64,000 nucleotides of DNA from Octopus sinensis (taxonomy: Eukaryota), in contig NC_043000.1 of assembly GCF_006345805.1 (NCBI RefSeq), positions 138,756,001 through 138,820,000 on the forward strand. Reading direction: 5' to 3'. Shown here piece by piece: positions 1 through 12,937 of this stretch. The position numbers and the translations under genes were made by a program. Below the pieces are notes generated by a model. It saw only the letters and a list, made by a program, of their open reading frames with translations, made no database searches and was not told the DNA's origin. Positions within the stretch are counted from its first letter, which is position 1; each line of letters opens with the position of its first letter.

Positions 1-79
1 CATAAAAACACTCTGATACCCAGACACCCACATATACAGATCTATAAGTATATAAATATATGTGTATTACATATATATA

Positions 80-265
80 GGGAAAGTTTACAAAAAAAAA
101 ACAAAAGACGAAGACAGGTGGTGTAGAAAACAAACAGATGTATTAGTATAACGCTCAGGAATAGAAAAAGTCTTTTACGTTTCGAGCCTATAGAAAGGGA
201 CACAGAAAAAACAAGGAGAGAAGAAAATGTGTGTAGTGGCTAAAGATCTATCATAACAAGGTCTA
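80..265 (-). mobile_element. Penelope-like pLTR-type non-coding fragment with a partial hammerhead 3' half
   Basis: Minus strand reads ...ggctcGAAACGTaaaagac...ttcctgagcg..., similar to 3045-3230 and 38300-38510. The CUGANGA half is missing. TA runs lie on both sides. Confidence 0.5.
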
Positions 266-289
266 GTTATATATATATATAGCAAAGTT

Positions 290-1337
290 TAGTTAACCTA
301 GCAAAAACCAAAGTCTTAGTAAGTAGGAAAGTAGACAAATCACAAATCCCCTCAGGTAGATGGCCCTGCTTAATCTGTAGGAAAGGCATAGGTAGAAATT
401 CATTAAGATGTACCCAGTGTAAACTATCGACACATAAGAGGTGCAGGAATATCAGAAGAAGGTTAACAAGGAAACTAGTTTTTGAGTGCTGAAGGTGTGC
501 CAGTAGAGTTAACACTAAAAATTTACAGAAAATAGATAACATCAAATGCCAGGGGGTAAAACTAGAAGTAGTTGATAGCTTCTGTTATCTAGGTGACCAA
601 GTCAGTTGTGGAGGTGGATGCTCTGAGAACATAGATGCAAGAATAAGAATTGGTTAGGCAAAGTTCTGAGAGCTCCAACCACTTTTGGTAATGAAGAGTC
701 TCTTACACAGAGTGAAAGGTAGATAGTATGATGCCTGTATAGGAATAGCCATGCTACACAGCAGTGAAACATAGGCTGTGAAGGCTGAGGATGTGTGTAG
801 GCTTGAAAGAAATGAAGCTAATATGCTCTGCTGGATGTGCAATGTCAGTGTGCAGGCATGACAGAATGTAAATTTCTTGAGAGAAAAGTTGGGCATAAGG
901 GGCATAAGATGTGGTGTACAAGAGAGACGATTGTATTGATATGATCATGTGATGCATATGGATGTTGACAGCTGTGTGAAGAAATGCCGGTCTCTACCAG
1001 TGAAAGGAAGCTGTGAAAGAGGGACACCCAGGAAGACATAGGATGTGGTGGTGAAGCATGATCTTTGAACACTGGGTCTCACGGAGCAATGACTAGTGAG
1101 CAAGACATTTGGTGATATGCTGCATTTGCAAAGACCTTCAAGACAAGTGAAATCATAGTTGTTGCTGTCGTTGGTGTCACATAGCTGGCATCTATGCTGG
1201 TGGCATGTAAAAAGTACCTTTTGAGTGCTGGGCCTCAATGAGGCATTGACAAATGACCGAGATGGTTGGCAATATGCTGTGCTTGAGAAGAGCCATCAAG
1301 CTGGGTGAAATCGTAATTGTGACAGATATTGGCACAT
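290..1337 (+). mobile_element. Decayed RTE-clade LINE, 3' part of the ORF plus start of the 3' UTR
   Basis: Manual translation gives VNLAKTKVLVS..GRWPCLICRKGIGRNSLRCTQCK..THKRC (Cys/His finger), LEVVDSFCYLGDQVSCGGG..ARIRIG* and RLERNEANMLCWMCNV. Multiple in-frame stops. Confidence 0.85.
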
Positions 1338-1461
1338 AAGTAACATAATCGCCTATTAAGTTGACATTTTCACATCATACATATTAATAAGAATCTCTAC
1401 GCTCCTATATCTATTCATCGAATGCATGCTCTTTCTTTGTTCACACACATTATACATCACA

Positions 1462-1621
1462 CAGGTAAAAGCACCCATTATGCTCTCAGAGCGGTTGGCA
1501 TTAGGAAGGGCATCCAACTGTAGAAACCATGCCAAATCAGACTGGAATCTGGTGCAGCCCCTCAGCATATTAATCCTTTCCAAACCGTCCAACCCATGCC
1601 AGCATGGACAGCGGATGTTAA

Positions 1622-1683
<62 letters not shown>
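1462..1683 (+). mobile_element. Family A repeat (RTE 3'-UTR-derived) with (GAT)n tail; continues the upstream LINE
   Basis: Contains aaaagcaccc..ggttggcattaggaagggcatccaactgtagaaac..ccaacccatgccagcatgga..(gat)n. The same motif recurs more than 12 times in the window. Confidence 0.85.
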
Positions 1684-1684
<1 letters not shown>

Positions 1685-2496
1685 TGTGTGTGTACATATA
1701 ATGAGAGAGAGAGAAAGAAAAAGGTAGTAATATATATACAAAGAAAGATAATTAGATTGATATCTTTACATTGCAGAATTTGGAAAAAAAAATTTTGAGA
1801 ACAGGTGAATTGATGCTGAGTTAGAAGTGTAAAGATTTCTCTAATATAATCTGGTATTTACCTTAATTGATTTAGGCATTTTTTTGGTGTTCCCTTGGAA
1901 GACTACATGAAAGAAGATAACACCATTTCTGCATGAAACCTATATACACAAATACACGCTCACACATTGATTTGTTTATGTGATGTGTGATGTGTGTGAA
2001 CAAAGAAGGAGCATACATGTGACGGATATATATATATAGGAGGGTAGAGATTGTTATTAATATGTATGATGTGAAAATGTCAACTTAATAGGCCATTAGG
2101 TTACTAACAAAGATTTCATCTTCAAGTAACATTACAGGGTAAATCATATTTGAGAAGACCATTCTTATTCTGACTATTGATTTTCAAGTCAGAATTTACA
2201 GATATTTTGGAAACATGAACTGAAATCGTATAATCAGAAGTGAAACCTGTGTCATAGACTATTTCACTACAAGTTCGACTTCATTAAGATTGACACTCAA
2301 ACATTTAAATTCTTTATTTTATTGGTTTCAGTCTTTTGATTGTAGTTGTGCTGCGACACTGTTTTCAAGACTTTTCGATCAATCATATCAACCCTAATAC
2401 TTGCATCAATCCAGTATTCTTATTATTGATTACTATTTATTGAATGGTCAAGATTTATAATGCTTTGTATAAAGGGAGGTAATTTACCTTATTTAA

Positions 2497-2720
2497 TTCT
2501 TTATTGCCCACAAGGGGCTAAACACAGAGGGGACAAACAAGGACAGACAAACGGATTAAGACGATTATATCGACCCCAGTAACTGGTACTTATTTAATCG
2601 ACCCCGAAAGGATGAAAGGCAAAGTCGACCTCGGCGGAATTTGAACTCAGAACGTAGCGGCAGACGAAATACGGCTATGAATTTCGCCCGGTGTGCTAAC
2701 GTTTCTGCCAGCCCGCCGCC
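2497..2720 (-). mobile_element. Family B tRNA-derived SINE with TSD
   Basis: Minus strand starts ggcggcgggctggcagaaacgttagc (A box), then gagttcaaattcc (B box) and core gtcgactttgcctttcatcctttcggggtcg. Flanked by the direct repeat taatttaccttatt. Confidence 0.9.
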
Positions 2721-3115
2721 TAATTTACCTTATTATTTAGTCTTACATGCATAAACAAGGATGCAGATCCTACCCCACAGACACATTCAGACATTAAACA
2801 ACATTGTAACACTATTTCTATTATTACACACCAGAATCATCACTCAGACATATGGATTCTTTACTCACCAACTATAGAACAGTGAAGAATCTCTAGTTTT
2901 ATGGGGTTGGATCTATCCTCACTAATGCCAGTGCAAGGATAAAATGTACCCAGTGCACTTTGTAAATTGACTGGCAGATGAGTAGAGATGAGTAGAGATG
3001 ATGATGTAAATTGACTGGCAGATGAGTAGAGATGATGATGATATAAGGAGAGAAACAATGAACATGAGGATGTGCACAAGAAATACATTAGTTTGATGTT
3101 TGGTGAAAGGAGAGA

Positions 3116-3150
3116 GTTTAACGTTTCGAGCATAGTTCTTCATCAGAAAG
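3116..3150 (-). ncRNA. Atypical minimal hammerhead-like motif in a pLTR-like repeat (3045-3230)
   Basis: Minus strand: uuu-CUGAUGA-agaac uau gcuc-GAAA-CG-UU-aaa. Helix III is reduced to a palindrome. Confidence 0.5.
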
Positions 3151-3230
3151 AGGAAAGAGGAAAAGTCCAAAGAAGGAGAAGAAGAAATTGCCAACAGACC
3201 ATGTGTAGTTACATTGGTGAAGTGGTCAAC

Positions 3231-3261
<31 letters not shown>

Positions 3262-3304
3262 ATATATTATATATATATATATACATATACATGTATTTAT
3301 GTAT

Positions 3305-3722
3305 AGGCGTAGGAGTGGCTGTGTGGTAAGTAGCTTGCTTACAAACCACATGGCTCCAGGTTCAGTGGCACCTTGGGCAAGTGTCTTCTACTATAGCTTG
3401 GGCTGACCAAAGCTTTGTGAGTGGATTTGGTAGACAAACTGAAAGAAACCCGTCGTATATATGTATATATATATATATATACATATATATGTATGAGTGA
3501 GTATATGTTTGTGTGTCTGTATTTGTCCAGCCTCCCCCCAACATCGCTTGACAACCGATGTTAGTGTGTTTACATCCCTGTTACTTAGCAGTTCGGCAAA
3601 AAGCGATCGATAGAATAAGCACTAGGCTTACAAAGAATAAGTCCTGGGGTCGATTTGCTCGACTAATGGTGATGCTCCAGCATGGCCACAGTCACATGAC
3701 TGAAGCAAGTAAAAGAGTAAAA
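3305..3722 (+). mobile_element. Family C tRNA-derived CORE-like SINE with internal TA/TG microsatellite
   Basis: Head ggcgtaggagtggctgtgtggtaag, CORE-like accttgggcaagtgtcttc, 3' end gactgaagcaagtaaaagag. About 10 copies in the window. Confidence 0.9.
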
Positions 3723-4233
3723 GAGAGAGAGAGAGTATGTATGTGTTTGTGAGTGTGTGTGTGTGTGTGTGTGTGTGCATGTAATTTTCTTGGGATTTAT
3801 AAATTTTCTTTTCAGACTAGTCAAAACAGAGAAACAAGGTTCTTTTGCTATGTGTATTGATTTTTATGCATATATGAATGGATGTATGACTGCATGTATA
3901 TGCATAATTGCTTATACGAAAACCTAAAACTATGGTTAACAATCAGAGTAATCTAAATTTCATATTCTCATTGGTCATATTTAAAATATTTGTTCTTTCC
4001 ACAAGTGAAATAACCAACAAATTGGATTATAAATATCACAGAAAACTGAAAGTTGTTTACTCAATTGAAATAAAGTTTACATTTTCCTGTCTTTTGAAAT
4101 ACTCAGTAATATACTTTAAAAGCCATAATTGTTTGAAAAGAGGTTGATGGTGGCAAACATAGTGTGAAAGATAGATCAAGTGTTTCATTGGTAAGAAAAT
4201 TATCTCTCATTAAATTTGTTGTATTTCTATAAT

Positions 4234-4373
4234 TTATACTTTGATGTCAGACTTAGCATTAAACTTAAACAGCTTCTTCGTAATTGCCTGAAAATCAGAG
4301 GCCAATTTCTTCTGCGAAGTTGATTGATGCACTGTATGTGAATTTTTGCCAAAATTACCCAGATGTAACATAT
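4234..4373 (-). CDS. Candidate terminal coding exon of an unidentified gene
   Basis: Acceptor-like ttttgttgaattatag|, then open frame xMLHLGNFGKNSHTVHQSTSQKKLASDFQAITKKLFKFNAKSDIKV* in unique sequence. No homology recognised. Confidence 0.25.
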
Positions 4374-4529
4374 CTATAATTCAACAAAATCTGATTTTGA
4401 TATAATCCATGACGATGAAAATTTTTCTTATATTATTGCTTTTGAAATAATTTCGAGCTTCCTAATATTATAAGGATAATAGTAAACAAACAAACAAATA
4501 TATAAATAAACAAACAAATAAATAAATAG

Positions 4530-4532
4530 ATA

Positions 4533-4619
<87 letters not shown>

Positions 4620-4693
4620 AATAATAATACTAGTAATAATAATAATAGTAATAATGATAATAATAATAATAGTAATAATAATAATAATAATAA
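4530..4693. repeat. Compound (AAT)n/(GAT)n microsatellite
   Basis: Directly visible. Confidence 0.95.
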
Positions 4694-5163
4694 GCAACCA
4701 TACTCTGGGATATGCCGATACACACAGATAGAGAAATTAAAGCCAACAGACCAGATATAGTTGTCAGAGATCATGAAGAAAAAAAATGCTTTCTAATTGA
4801 TGTATCAATACCGGCAGATGACAATGTGTCTCTAAAAGAAATGGAGAAACTTTCAAAATACAAAGACCTGGAAATAGAGGTAACCAGAATGTGGAATCTA
4901 AAAACAGAAACAATTCCTATCATAGTAGGTGCATTAGGCATGATAAAAAAAATATTCAGACAAATACATAACAAAAACACCAGGACTTACAAACACATAT
5001 AACATACAGAGAATTGCACTACTAGGCACTGCACACATCCTACGCAGAACACTTTCCATACAATAACCATCAGAGCATCACAACAAATCACAGCACATAC
5101 CTAAGGCACACAGAGCTGCGCTCGGTAGTGAAGTGAAAGCACGATATAAAAATAAAACTACTG
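4694..5163 (+). mobile_element. 5'-truncated restriction-like-endonuclease non-LTR retrotransposon (R4/Dong-like), C-terminus and 3' UTR
   Basis: ILWDMPIHTDREIKANRPDIVV..CFLIDVSIP..EKLSKYKDL..IPIIVGALG shows the PD..D..E/K..KY RLE motif. After a frameshift in an A run it reads IQRIALLGTAHILRRTLSIQ*. (AAT)n lies on both sides. Confidence 0.88.
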
Positions 5164-5297
5164 AATAATAATAATAATAATAATATTAATAATAACTAGC
5201 TGGACCTGTGAAAAATTCACGGAAAATATAAAAAATGTAAGTGTCTGTAAATTGTGAGCTGTTGCCATGAGAAATGTTTCTAAATTGTGACAGTTAA

Positions 5298-5515
5298 AGG
5301 TAGTGAGCTGGCAGAAACGTTAGCATGCCAGGCAAAATGCTTAGCGGTGTTTTGTCTGTCTTTACATTCTGAGTTCAAATTCTGCTAAAGTTGACTTTGC
5401 CTTTCATCCTTTTTGGGGTCGATAAATTAAGTACCAGTTGCATACTGAAGTCGATCTAATTGACTGGCCCCCTCTCCTCAAAAATATCAGGACTTGTGCC
5501 TATAGTAGAAAAGTA
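5298..5515 (+). mobile_element. Family B SINE with the alternative 3' tail
   Basis: Same head and core as 2497-2720. Tail is ..ggacttgtgcctatagtagaaaag. Confidence 0.85.
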
Positions 5516-5878
5516 TATTGTGACTGTTACAGAATATACAAAGAAGGGTAAAACAGATGACTATATAATCCAACCAAAATATCTGTTACATAAACGTAAA
5601 CAAAATTACTATTCAGCCTTAAAATATATATCATACATATTCAGAAAACACTCTTGGTTTAGTGGTATGGAACGTTTTTCTTGTATTCTTTTATTCGTTT
5701 GCTTGTTTCAGTAATTTGATGGTGGCCATACTTGAGCATCACCCTTTCATTGAAGAAATTGACTCATGGACTTATTCCCTGTAAGCCTGGTACTTATTCT
5801 GTCAGTCTCTCCTGTTGAACAGCTAAGTTGCAGACACACAAACACACACACATAAATATATACATATATACATATGTA

Positions 5879-5925
<47 letters not shown>

Positions 5926-5959
5926 CCAAAAAATAAGCAACAAGAATGGATCCGGTAAT

Positions 5960-6044
5960 TTAGTACAATTGTTTCATACTATAACAATTTATTAAAGCTG
6001 CAAATATTACAGCAAATATAATATATCAAGTAATCTTCAGCTAA
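5960..6044 (-). ncRNA. Hammerhead ribozyme-like motif (type I, long AT-rich helix II) in a TA-flanked element (5925-6090)
   Basis: Minus strand: uuag-CUGAAGA-uuac...guau-GAAA-C AAUU G-UA-cuaa. Helix I is uuag/cuaa and loop III is the palindrome ACAAUUGU. Confidence 0.6.
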
Positions 6045-6091
6045 TTTCATATAGGTTTTCCAATAATGTAAAGTTCTCAAATCAATTAGTA

Positions 6092-6144
<53 letters not shown>

Positions 6145-6921
6145 ATCACGGGCTTAGTAGTGGCAGTGGTGCTGGCTGGTGTGATTTTGTAGCTTGCTGG
6201 TATGCCAAGTGAGATACAGCTTTGTTTTTCCAATTTTCTAAGTACAGCTGCCTTTGCTCTTGACTCATGTGTTCTCGATTCTGTTGATCTCTATCTCTCT
6301 TATTTTGAAAATACACTTCACTTTGGTCCTGGTTCATTTGTTCTATCCTTTGCTGATTTTTTTCCCTCCTATGCCATAGGATACGTTCCCTCTTCTCTTG
6401 GCTTATTTCATTTTTTCTCTGTCTCATCCTCAGATGATTTTGATTCCTTATTTCCTTCCACTGTTCCTCATACAACCCTTCTCTCTTTCTCTGCTGATGC
6501 TCCCATGCTGCATCCCTGATGCGATTATCCATACTTTAAAACTTGTTATTCAAACAATAAATCTCCAAAATGATCCAGAGTGTTTTGATTGAAAAACATA
6601 TACAAATGTATTAGACAGTTTTTGTTTAAAAGGTGAAAATATTTCTGAAATACACAGCTAATATGCAAGGGCAGAGTATATAGGATATGGTAATTAATTA
6701 TATAGTAGGAAAGTAAAAAGTTAAGGGAAAAAATAGAATTAATATTTTCGATTTTGTTTGGCTCAATGAATTTAATTTTTTAAAAATGCTTTCGCCAATT
6801 GCTTGGTACAAACAAAAAAAGAAGAAACTGAAAAAATCCTGATGAAAATAGAGAAACTCCAGCTTAACAAAAGACATAGAAAGAGAAAGTTGCGCTTAAT
6901 TCCACTAAGTGATACTTATTA

Positions 6922-6922
<1 letters not shown>

Positions 6923-7008
<86 letters not shown>
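6923..7008. repeat. (CA)n microsatellite, followed by a truncated family B SINE (7012-7130, minus)
   Basis: Directly visible. Confidence 0.95.
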
Positions 7009-7156
7009 TCTCTGAAAGGATGAAAGGCAAAGTCAACCTTGGCAGAATTAGAACTCAGAATGTGCAAACAGATGAAAAGCTGCTAAACATTTCGTCTGGT
7101 GTGCTAACAATTCTCTCAGCTTGCTGCCTTAAATAATAGTAATAATAATAATAAAT

Positions 7157-7570
7157 AGGCGCAGGAGTGGCTGTGTGGTAAGTAGCTTGCTAACCAGCCA
7201 CATGGTTCCAGGTTCAGTCCCACTGCATGGCATCTTGGGCAAGTGTCTTCTGCTATAGCCCCGGGCCGACCAATGCCTTGTGAGTGGATTTGGTAGACGG
7301 AAACTGAAAGAAGCCTGTCGTATATATGTATATATATATATAGGTGTGTGTGTGTATATGTTTGTGTGTCTGTGTTTGTCCCCCTAGCATGGCTTGACAA
7401 CCGATGCTGGTGTGTTTACGTCCCCGTCACTTAGCGGTTCGGCAAAAGAGACCAATAGAATAAGTACTGGGCTTACAAAGAATAAGTCCCGGGATCGATT
7501 TGCTCGACTAAAGGCGGTGCTCCTGCATGGCCGCAGTCAAATGACTGAAACAAGGAAAAAAAAAAAAGAG
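7157..7570 (+). mobile_element. Family C SINE, full length
   Basis: Matches 3305-3722 end to end. Confidence 0.92.
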
Positions 7571-7598
7571 TAATAATAATAATAATAATAATAATAAT

Positions 7599-7800
7599 CA
7601 TAGGAGTATTAGCACTCAACTGCCAACATGGTTCAAAAAGATTGATACAAATGTAAAGATAGAACGCCTACAAAACTCAGCATTGCTTGGAATTGCAAGA
7701 TTTTTTTTGCAGGGTTCTTGAAGTATGACCAGTAAACAAAAGTCACCTTAGTCTGCTGGCTGTGGACAGCTGACACTTTCCATTATATCTAGAAAAAAAA
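7599..7800 (+). mobile_element. Short R4/Dong-like 3' end following (AAT)n
   Basis: IERLQNSALLGIARF..RVLEV* matches the C-terminal QxxALLGTAxILRRxL motif of 4694-5163. Confidence 0.65.
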
Positions 7801-7814
7801 TTAAGCTGTTAGTT

Positions 7815-8022
7815 TGCCAGCTCCATCTGGCACCTGTGCGGGTGGCACGTAAAAAGCACCCACTACACTCATGGAGTGGTTGGCGTTAGGAAGGGCATCC
7901 AGCCGTAGAAACACTGCCAGATCAGACTGGGCCTGATGCAGCCTTCTGGCTTCACAGACCCCAATTGAACCGTCCAACCAATGCTAGCATGGAAAGCGGA
8001 CGCTAAATGATGATGATGATGA
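7815..8022 (+). mobile_element. Family A repeat
   Basis: ggtggcacgtaaaaagcaccc..ggaagggcatccagc..(gat)n. Confidence 0.88.
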
Positions 8023-9034
8023 TGAATAATGACAACAACAACATTTAGAGAATAAAACATGATTTATTTTTAATTAGTTTTAAATTCAACCAAATTAATA
8101 TATAAAATGTTTTATGAATTAGGTAAATGCAAAAAAACGAAGAAAAATGTATGTCAGGTTTTTAATGAAATACACGAAATAACAAACCAAGATACCGCTT
8201 GTTAGATTTCTTTTATTTTTACAGTTTATTTATATATTTTGTTTTTAAAGATATTACTGTAAAACTTTCAATATATATTCTTATCACTGCAATTTCTTAC
8301 TCTTAGTTTAGATTGCAAACGTTGTTGTTATTTATACAATTAAAAGAACAAACAAAAATATCAATGTTGATAAATATATTTAAAAGAAATTATTTAAGTA
8401 ATAGCACAGTATGTAAGCCATCAATTTTAATTGAATTAATAGACTTAATGTTATTCATAGGAAAATGAAAAAAAATAAGTCACTAACCCCAGCTACCTAC
8501 ATAAGGTTTTTCTGCAATTCATACAGCAAAAATTAATTAAACAATACACTTTTGCTAGTGCTTTTATGCAATGAGGTCATTTACATTTTCCAGGAAGCTG
8601 GGAGAAGTGCTAAGATAATGAATATAGCATTATTAATTTCTATAATTGAAGAATTGCGAACTGGTAAGAGATTACAGAACATTATAGATGAAAAGAATCT
8701 AAGGTGACTTATTACTGTTAGAACTACGAAAAAAAAAAACAATCCCAGTTATAAATACATATTCATTAATGAATTTTGGTGTATAATTGAGTATATGTGA
8801 ATAAATTTTTATGTTTTTCTATATATGTATGTTTTTTATGTACAACTTAACCTAGCTAGCCAGCTATCTACATCAACTTCACATTCAGATACACACATAT
8901 ATACCTGAATGCATACATATATTTAAATATAGGCATAACTACACAACTCTATTCCCAGATATATATATGTATATATAAATATATGTATATATAAATATAT
9001 GTATACACACACACACATATATGTGTATATATTT

Positions 9035-9465
9035 TTTTCTCTTTTACTTGTTTCAATCATGTAACTGTGGCCATGCTGGAGCGCCACCTTTAGTCAAGCA
9101 AATCGACCCCAGGACTTATTGTTTGTAAACCTAGTACTTATTCTATCGGTCTCTTTTGCCGAACCGCTAAGTTACAAGGACGTAAACACACTAGCATCAG
9201 TTGTCAAGCAATGTTGGGGGGACAAACACAGGCACACAAACATATACACACACATACATATATACATATATATGGCAGGCTTCATTCAGTTTCCATCTAC
9301 CAAATCCACTCACAAGGCTTTGGTTGGCCCGAGGCTATAGTAGAAGACACTTGCCCAAGGTGCCATGCGGTTGGACTGAACCCAGAACCATGTGGTTGGT
9401 AAGCAAGCTACTTACCACAGTCACTTCTATGCCTATGCTACTTACCACATAGTCACTCCTACGCC
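9035..9465 (-). mobile_element. Family C SINE
   Basis: Reverse complement of the family C consensus, with a short duplication in the head. Confidence 0.9.
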
Positions 9466-10289
9466 TATTTATATATATATATGTTTATATGTATATATTT
9501 ATATAAATACGTCTATATGTATGTATACACAAGTAGGCAAACAAATGAAATATCACTCAACACATTTAGTTGGAGTTGTAGGTTTTTAATGAAAGGCTGA
9601 CTCATCCCTATAATACTTAAAGTCTCATAGGCATAGCTACACAACTCTATTCTCAGATATACTTACTCAGAATGGAGCAAGTGTAAAAAGAATTTCAAAA
9701 TGGTTTGTAGTTGACACTTTATTGGTCAATTTATATCATGTGGATAATTTGGCAAATTAGCGATAGTAGTTGATTGGACATGTGTTCCATGTGCTGAAAT
9801 AACAGATTTTAGGTGTCAGTAATTTGTAATCTGCATGATTCGAGTTTAACAATGCCAGTTACTGATATACTATGTAGTACAGTATCTGGTATGGTATGAT
9901 TTGATTTCTTTTCTGGTTTTGTGTTGTAGCATTTCAGTGTAATTTTACCCAGATTCAGGTGACCCAGGATGACAGTATACAAAACAGTAATAATGAATGA
10001 TGGGCAAACAGGAATTGTGTATCAAGGTATTGTGCAAAAAGCAAACTAGGGGTAGAGTGGTCTTTCTGAGTTATTAATGGACAGAAGCTGGAAATTCAAT
10101 AACAGAATGTATCTTCAGTGGCAACAGTGAGATAGATTGGTTTTTCATGTTGATGGATACTGAAAGCTGTTGCATTATATACAGTTTCTCATGAAGACAG
10201 AGTTAGCAAATATATATCTATATCATTGAGGAAAATGTAGTTGCTTGGACTGCTGGAAATGGCAACTAAATATCTCTCAAAGCATATGT

Positions 10290-10633
10290 TGGATAGGTGC
10301 TGGTGCCATGGGAAAAACATCCACTTCACTCTGTAAAGTAACTGACTTTAAGAAGAGCATCCAGCCATGATGACCATAACAAACAGATCTTGCCAGCACT
10401 GGTGCCACATAAAAAGTGCCCAGTGCATTCTGTAAAGTAGTTGGCGTTAGGAAAGGCATCCAGTCATAAAAACTATGCTAAAACAGACAATAGATCTTGG
10501 TGCAGTCCTCTGGCTTGCTATTCCCCTATCAAACTGTCCAACATATGCCAGCATGGAAGACATACGTTGAACGATGATGATTATGATGATGATGATGATG
10601 ATGACGACAACGATGACAACGACGACGACGACA
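10290..10633 (+). mobile_element. Diverged family A repeat with GAT/GAC tail
   Basis: ttggcgttaggaaaggcatccag..ccaacatatgccagcatggaa..(gat)n. Confidence 0.75.
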
Positions 10634-11354
10634 ATGTAGGTCAAGACACACTGCACTGGAAAAATATTTACTGGGTATTCATGTTTGCAATGTCAATGAT
10701 CATAGATCTTTTGAACCAGAACTAAGATTGGTCTGAGCAAGAACAACATGAAAATATAAATGTTAGCAATGATTAGAAAGCATAGCAGTGATGATCAGAC
10801 ATGACCATTTTGGAAGTTTCTTTCTTAGTGTAAATGTTTTAGAATAATTTAAAAAAACTATATCATATTTACCAAATTCTGCCGCTAAACACATATAGAA
10901 AAACGCTTATGGCATGCTGGATATACCGAATTCCTCTGAGAAGAGAACTAACATCTTGCATTCTTACTCATCAATGCAAATTAGGAAAAGATGCAAGAGG
11001 GGTTTGCCTGATCCATTTCTCAGGAAACAAACAGCAATGCTCTGTTACAGGGTAAAGGTAAAAAGTGTTATAATTTTCTACTTGTTTATTCAATTGATTC
11101 ATTACTTCATAATCTTTTCTATTGCTTATTGTTAACGATGCAAATTCTCAGTCTCAACAGACTGACAACATCCTTGTAACGTCACACAAAGAGAATTTTA
11201 TTCATCTTCAGGTGGAATGTAAATTGCTTGCATTCACACATTGTTCATTATGTGTTCAAATGTTCCACTGCAAACAGTTTTGAGATATAATTTTATTTCA
11301 CATCACACACTTATGTAATTTCCCCTCACTCCAAATATATATTTGTAATTTCAT

Positions 11355-11705
<351 letters not shown>

Positions 11706-11940
11706 TAACAATAAGGGTTTTGCAACAAGTTGCTTGACCACATACAGAAAATTTTAGAAATAGCAGCCAAAGGACTACTATTTCCTTTTTCTACAAAAAT
11801 ATGTCTCCGCAGATAACAATATTTGTAACTCACACATGGCAAAAAAAAAAACAGTCTTCGATTAATTATAGATGTATCTTTCACCCTATATCTGTAATGA
11901 TTAAATTAATTATCTTTCACCCTATATATATATATATATT

Positions 11941-12298
11941 TGCCATCGCCGCCCCGACTGCCCTCTGTGTCGGTGGCACGTAAAAAGCACCATCTAGTGT
12001 CGGTGGCACGTAAAAAGCACCATCTAGTTGTGGCTGTTGCCAGCCTCCTCTGGCCCCCATGCCGGTGGCACGTAAAAAGCACCATCCGATCGTGGCCGTT
12101 TGCCAGCCTCGTCTGGCACCTATGCAGGTGGCACGTAAAAAGCACCCACTACTTAGGAAGAGCATCCAGCTGTAGAAACACTGCCAGATCAGACTGGGCC
12201 TGGCGCAGCCTACTGGCTCCCTAGACCCCAGTTGAACCGTCCAACCCATGCTAGCATGGAAAACAGACGTTAAACGATGATGATGATGATGATGATGA
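11941..12298 (+). mobile_element. Family A repeat with 4 internal ggtggcacgtaaaaagcacc units
   Basis: Internal tandem units and (gat)n tail are visible. Confidence 0.9.
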
Positions 12299-12424
12299 TT
12301 CAGAGTACGATGAATAAACTATTGGCTATATTGCATAAAAATGAAAATAACACCGACATCTCATTTTAACATATATTTACCAAAATTACATTAAAATATC
12401 TTGAAATACTAAGCAGTAGATTTG

Positions 12425-12645
12425 TTAAATAAAATCGCCCTTGGCTTCGACCATGGCCTCCAGATGACTTCAGAATCTCCTGCAACTCTTCTGGACTGTC
12501 TCCTTGAATAAATTAATGAATGCTGCCATAATCCTTGCCTTCAGTTCATCTTTGTTGTTACTAGGAGTTTTGTTGGTCTCTTGCTCAACTGTGCCTACAC
12601 ATAATAATGAAGTGGGTTGTAGTCTAGTCTGGGGAGTTGGGTTAA
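12425..12645 (-). mobile_element. Tc1/mariner-superfamily (maT/Tc1-like) transposase C-terminal remnant
   Basis: PNSPD..YNPLHYYV*GTVEQETNKTPSNNKDELKARIMAAF..KSCRRF*SHLEAMVEAKGDFI resembles the WPxxSPDLNPxD motif and typical C-terminus. Confidence 0.75.
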
Positions 12646-12894
12646 AGAGTAAGTATTTTCTCCAGAAAGACAGGCAAAATGTCATTCAGTATTTTGTACT
12701 GCATACTAGCAATTCTGCCAGCTCACAATGTCAATTTATATTTTATATAATGATTCAGCAATGTTCCTACTGTTGAATCAGTGAATAGATGTTGAAACTA
12801 TTGTAGTGTTATGCAATGAGGTGTGTTGCTCAATCCATTTTCTATTATTCTTATTTTATGCTCACACACACGTACGTGCATGTGCACGCATGCA

Positions 12895-12937
<43 letters not shown>

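Larger units (their letters stand above)
5196..6685 (-). mobile_element. Probable non-autonomous Helitron remnant with nested insertions
   Basis: Minus-strand 3' end has hairpin ccgtgaatttttcacagg (5205-5222), then tccagCTAG|T. Candidate 5' end A|TCctatata at 6685. The internal ORF 6146-6532 is rich in R/E/Q repeats, like Rep/Hel N-termini. Confidence 0.55.

Noticed and set aside
9800-9960. Minus-strand frame faintly resembling a viral envelope segment
   Set aside because: Only ~45 aa, ending in a stop, with no LTR, gag or pol nearby.
10840-11060. Open frames with possible splice sites on both strands
   Set aside because: No recognisable homology, and the frames and strands conflict.
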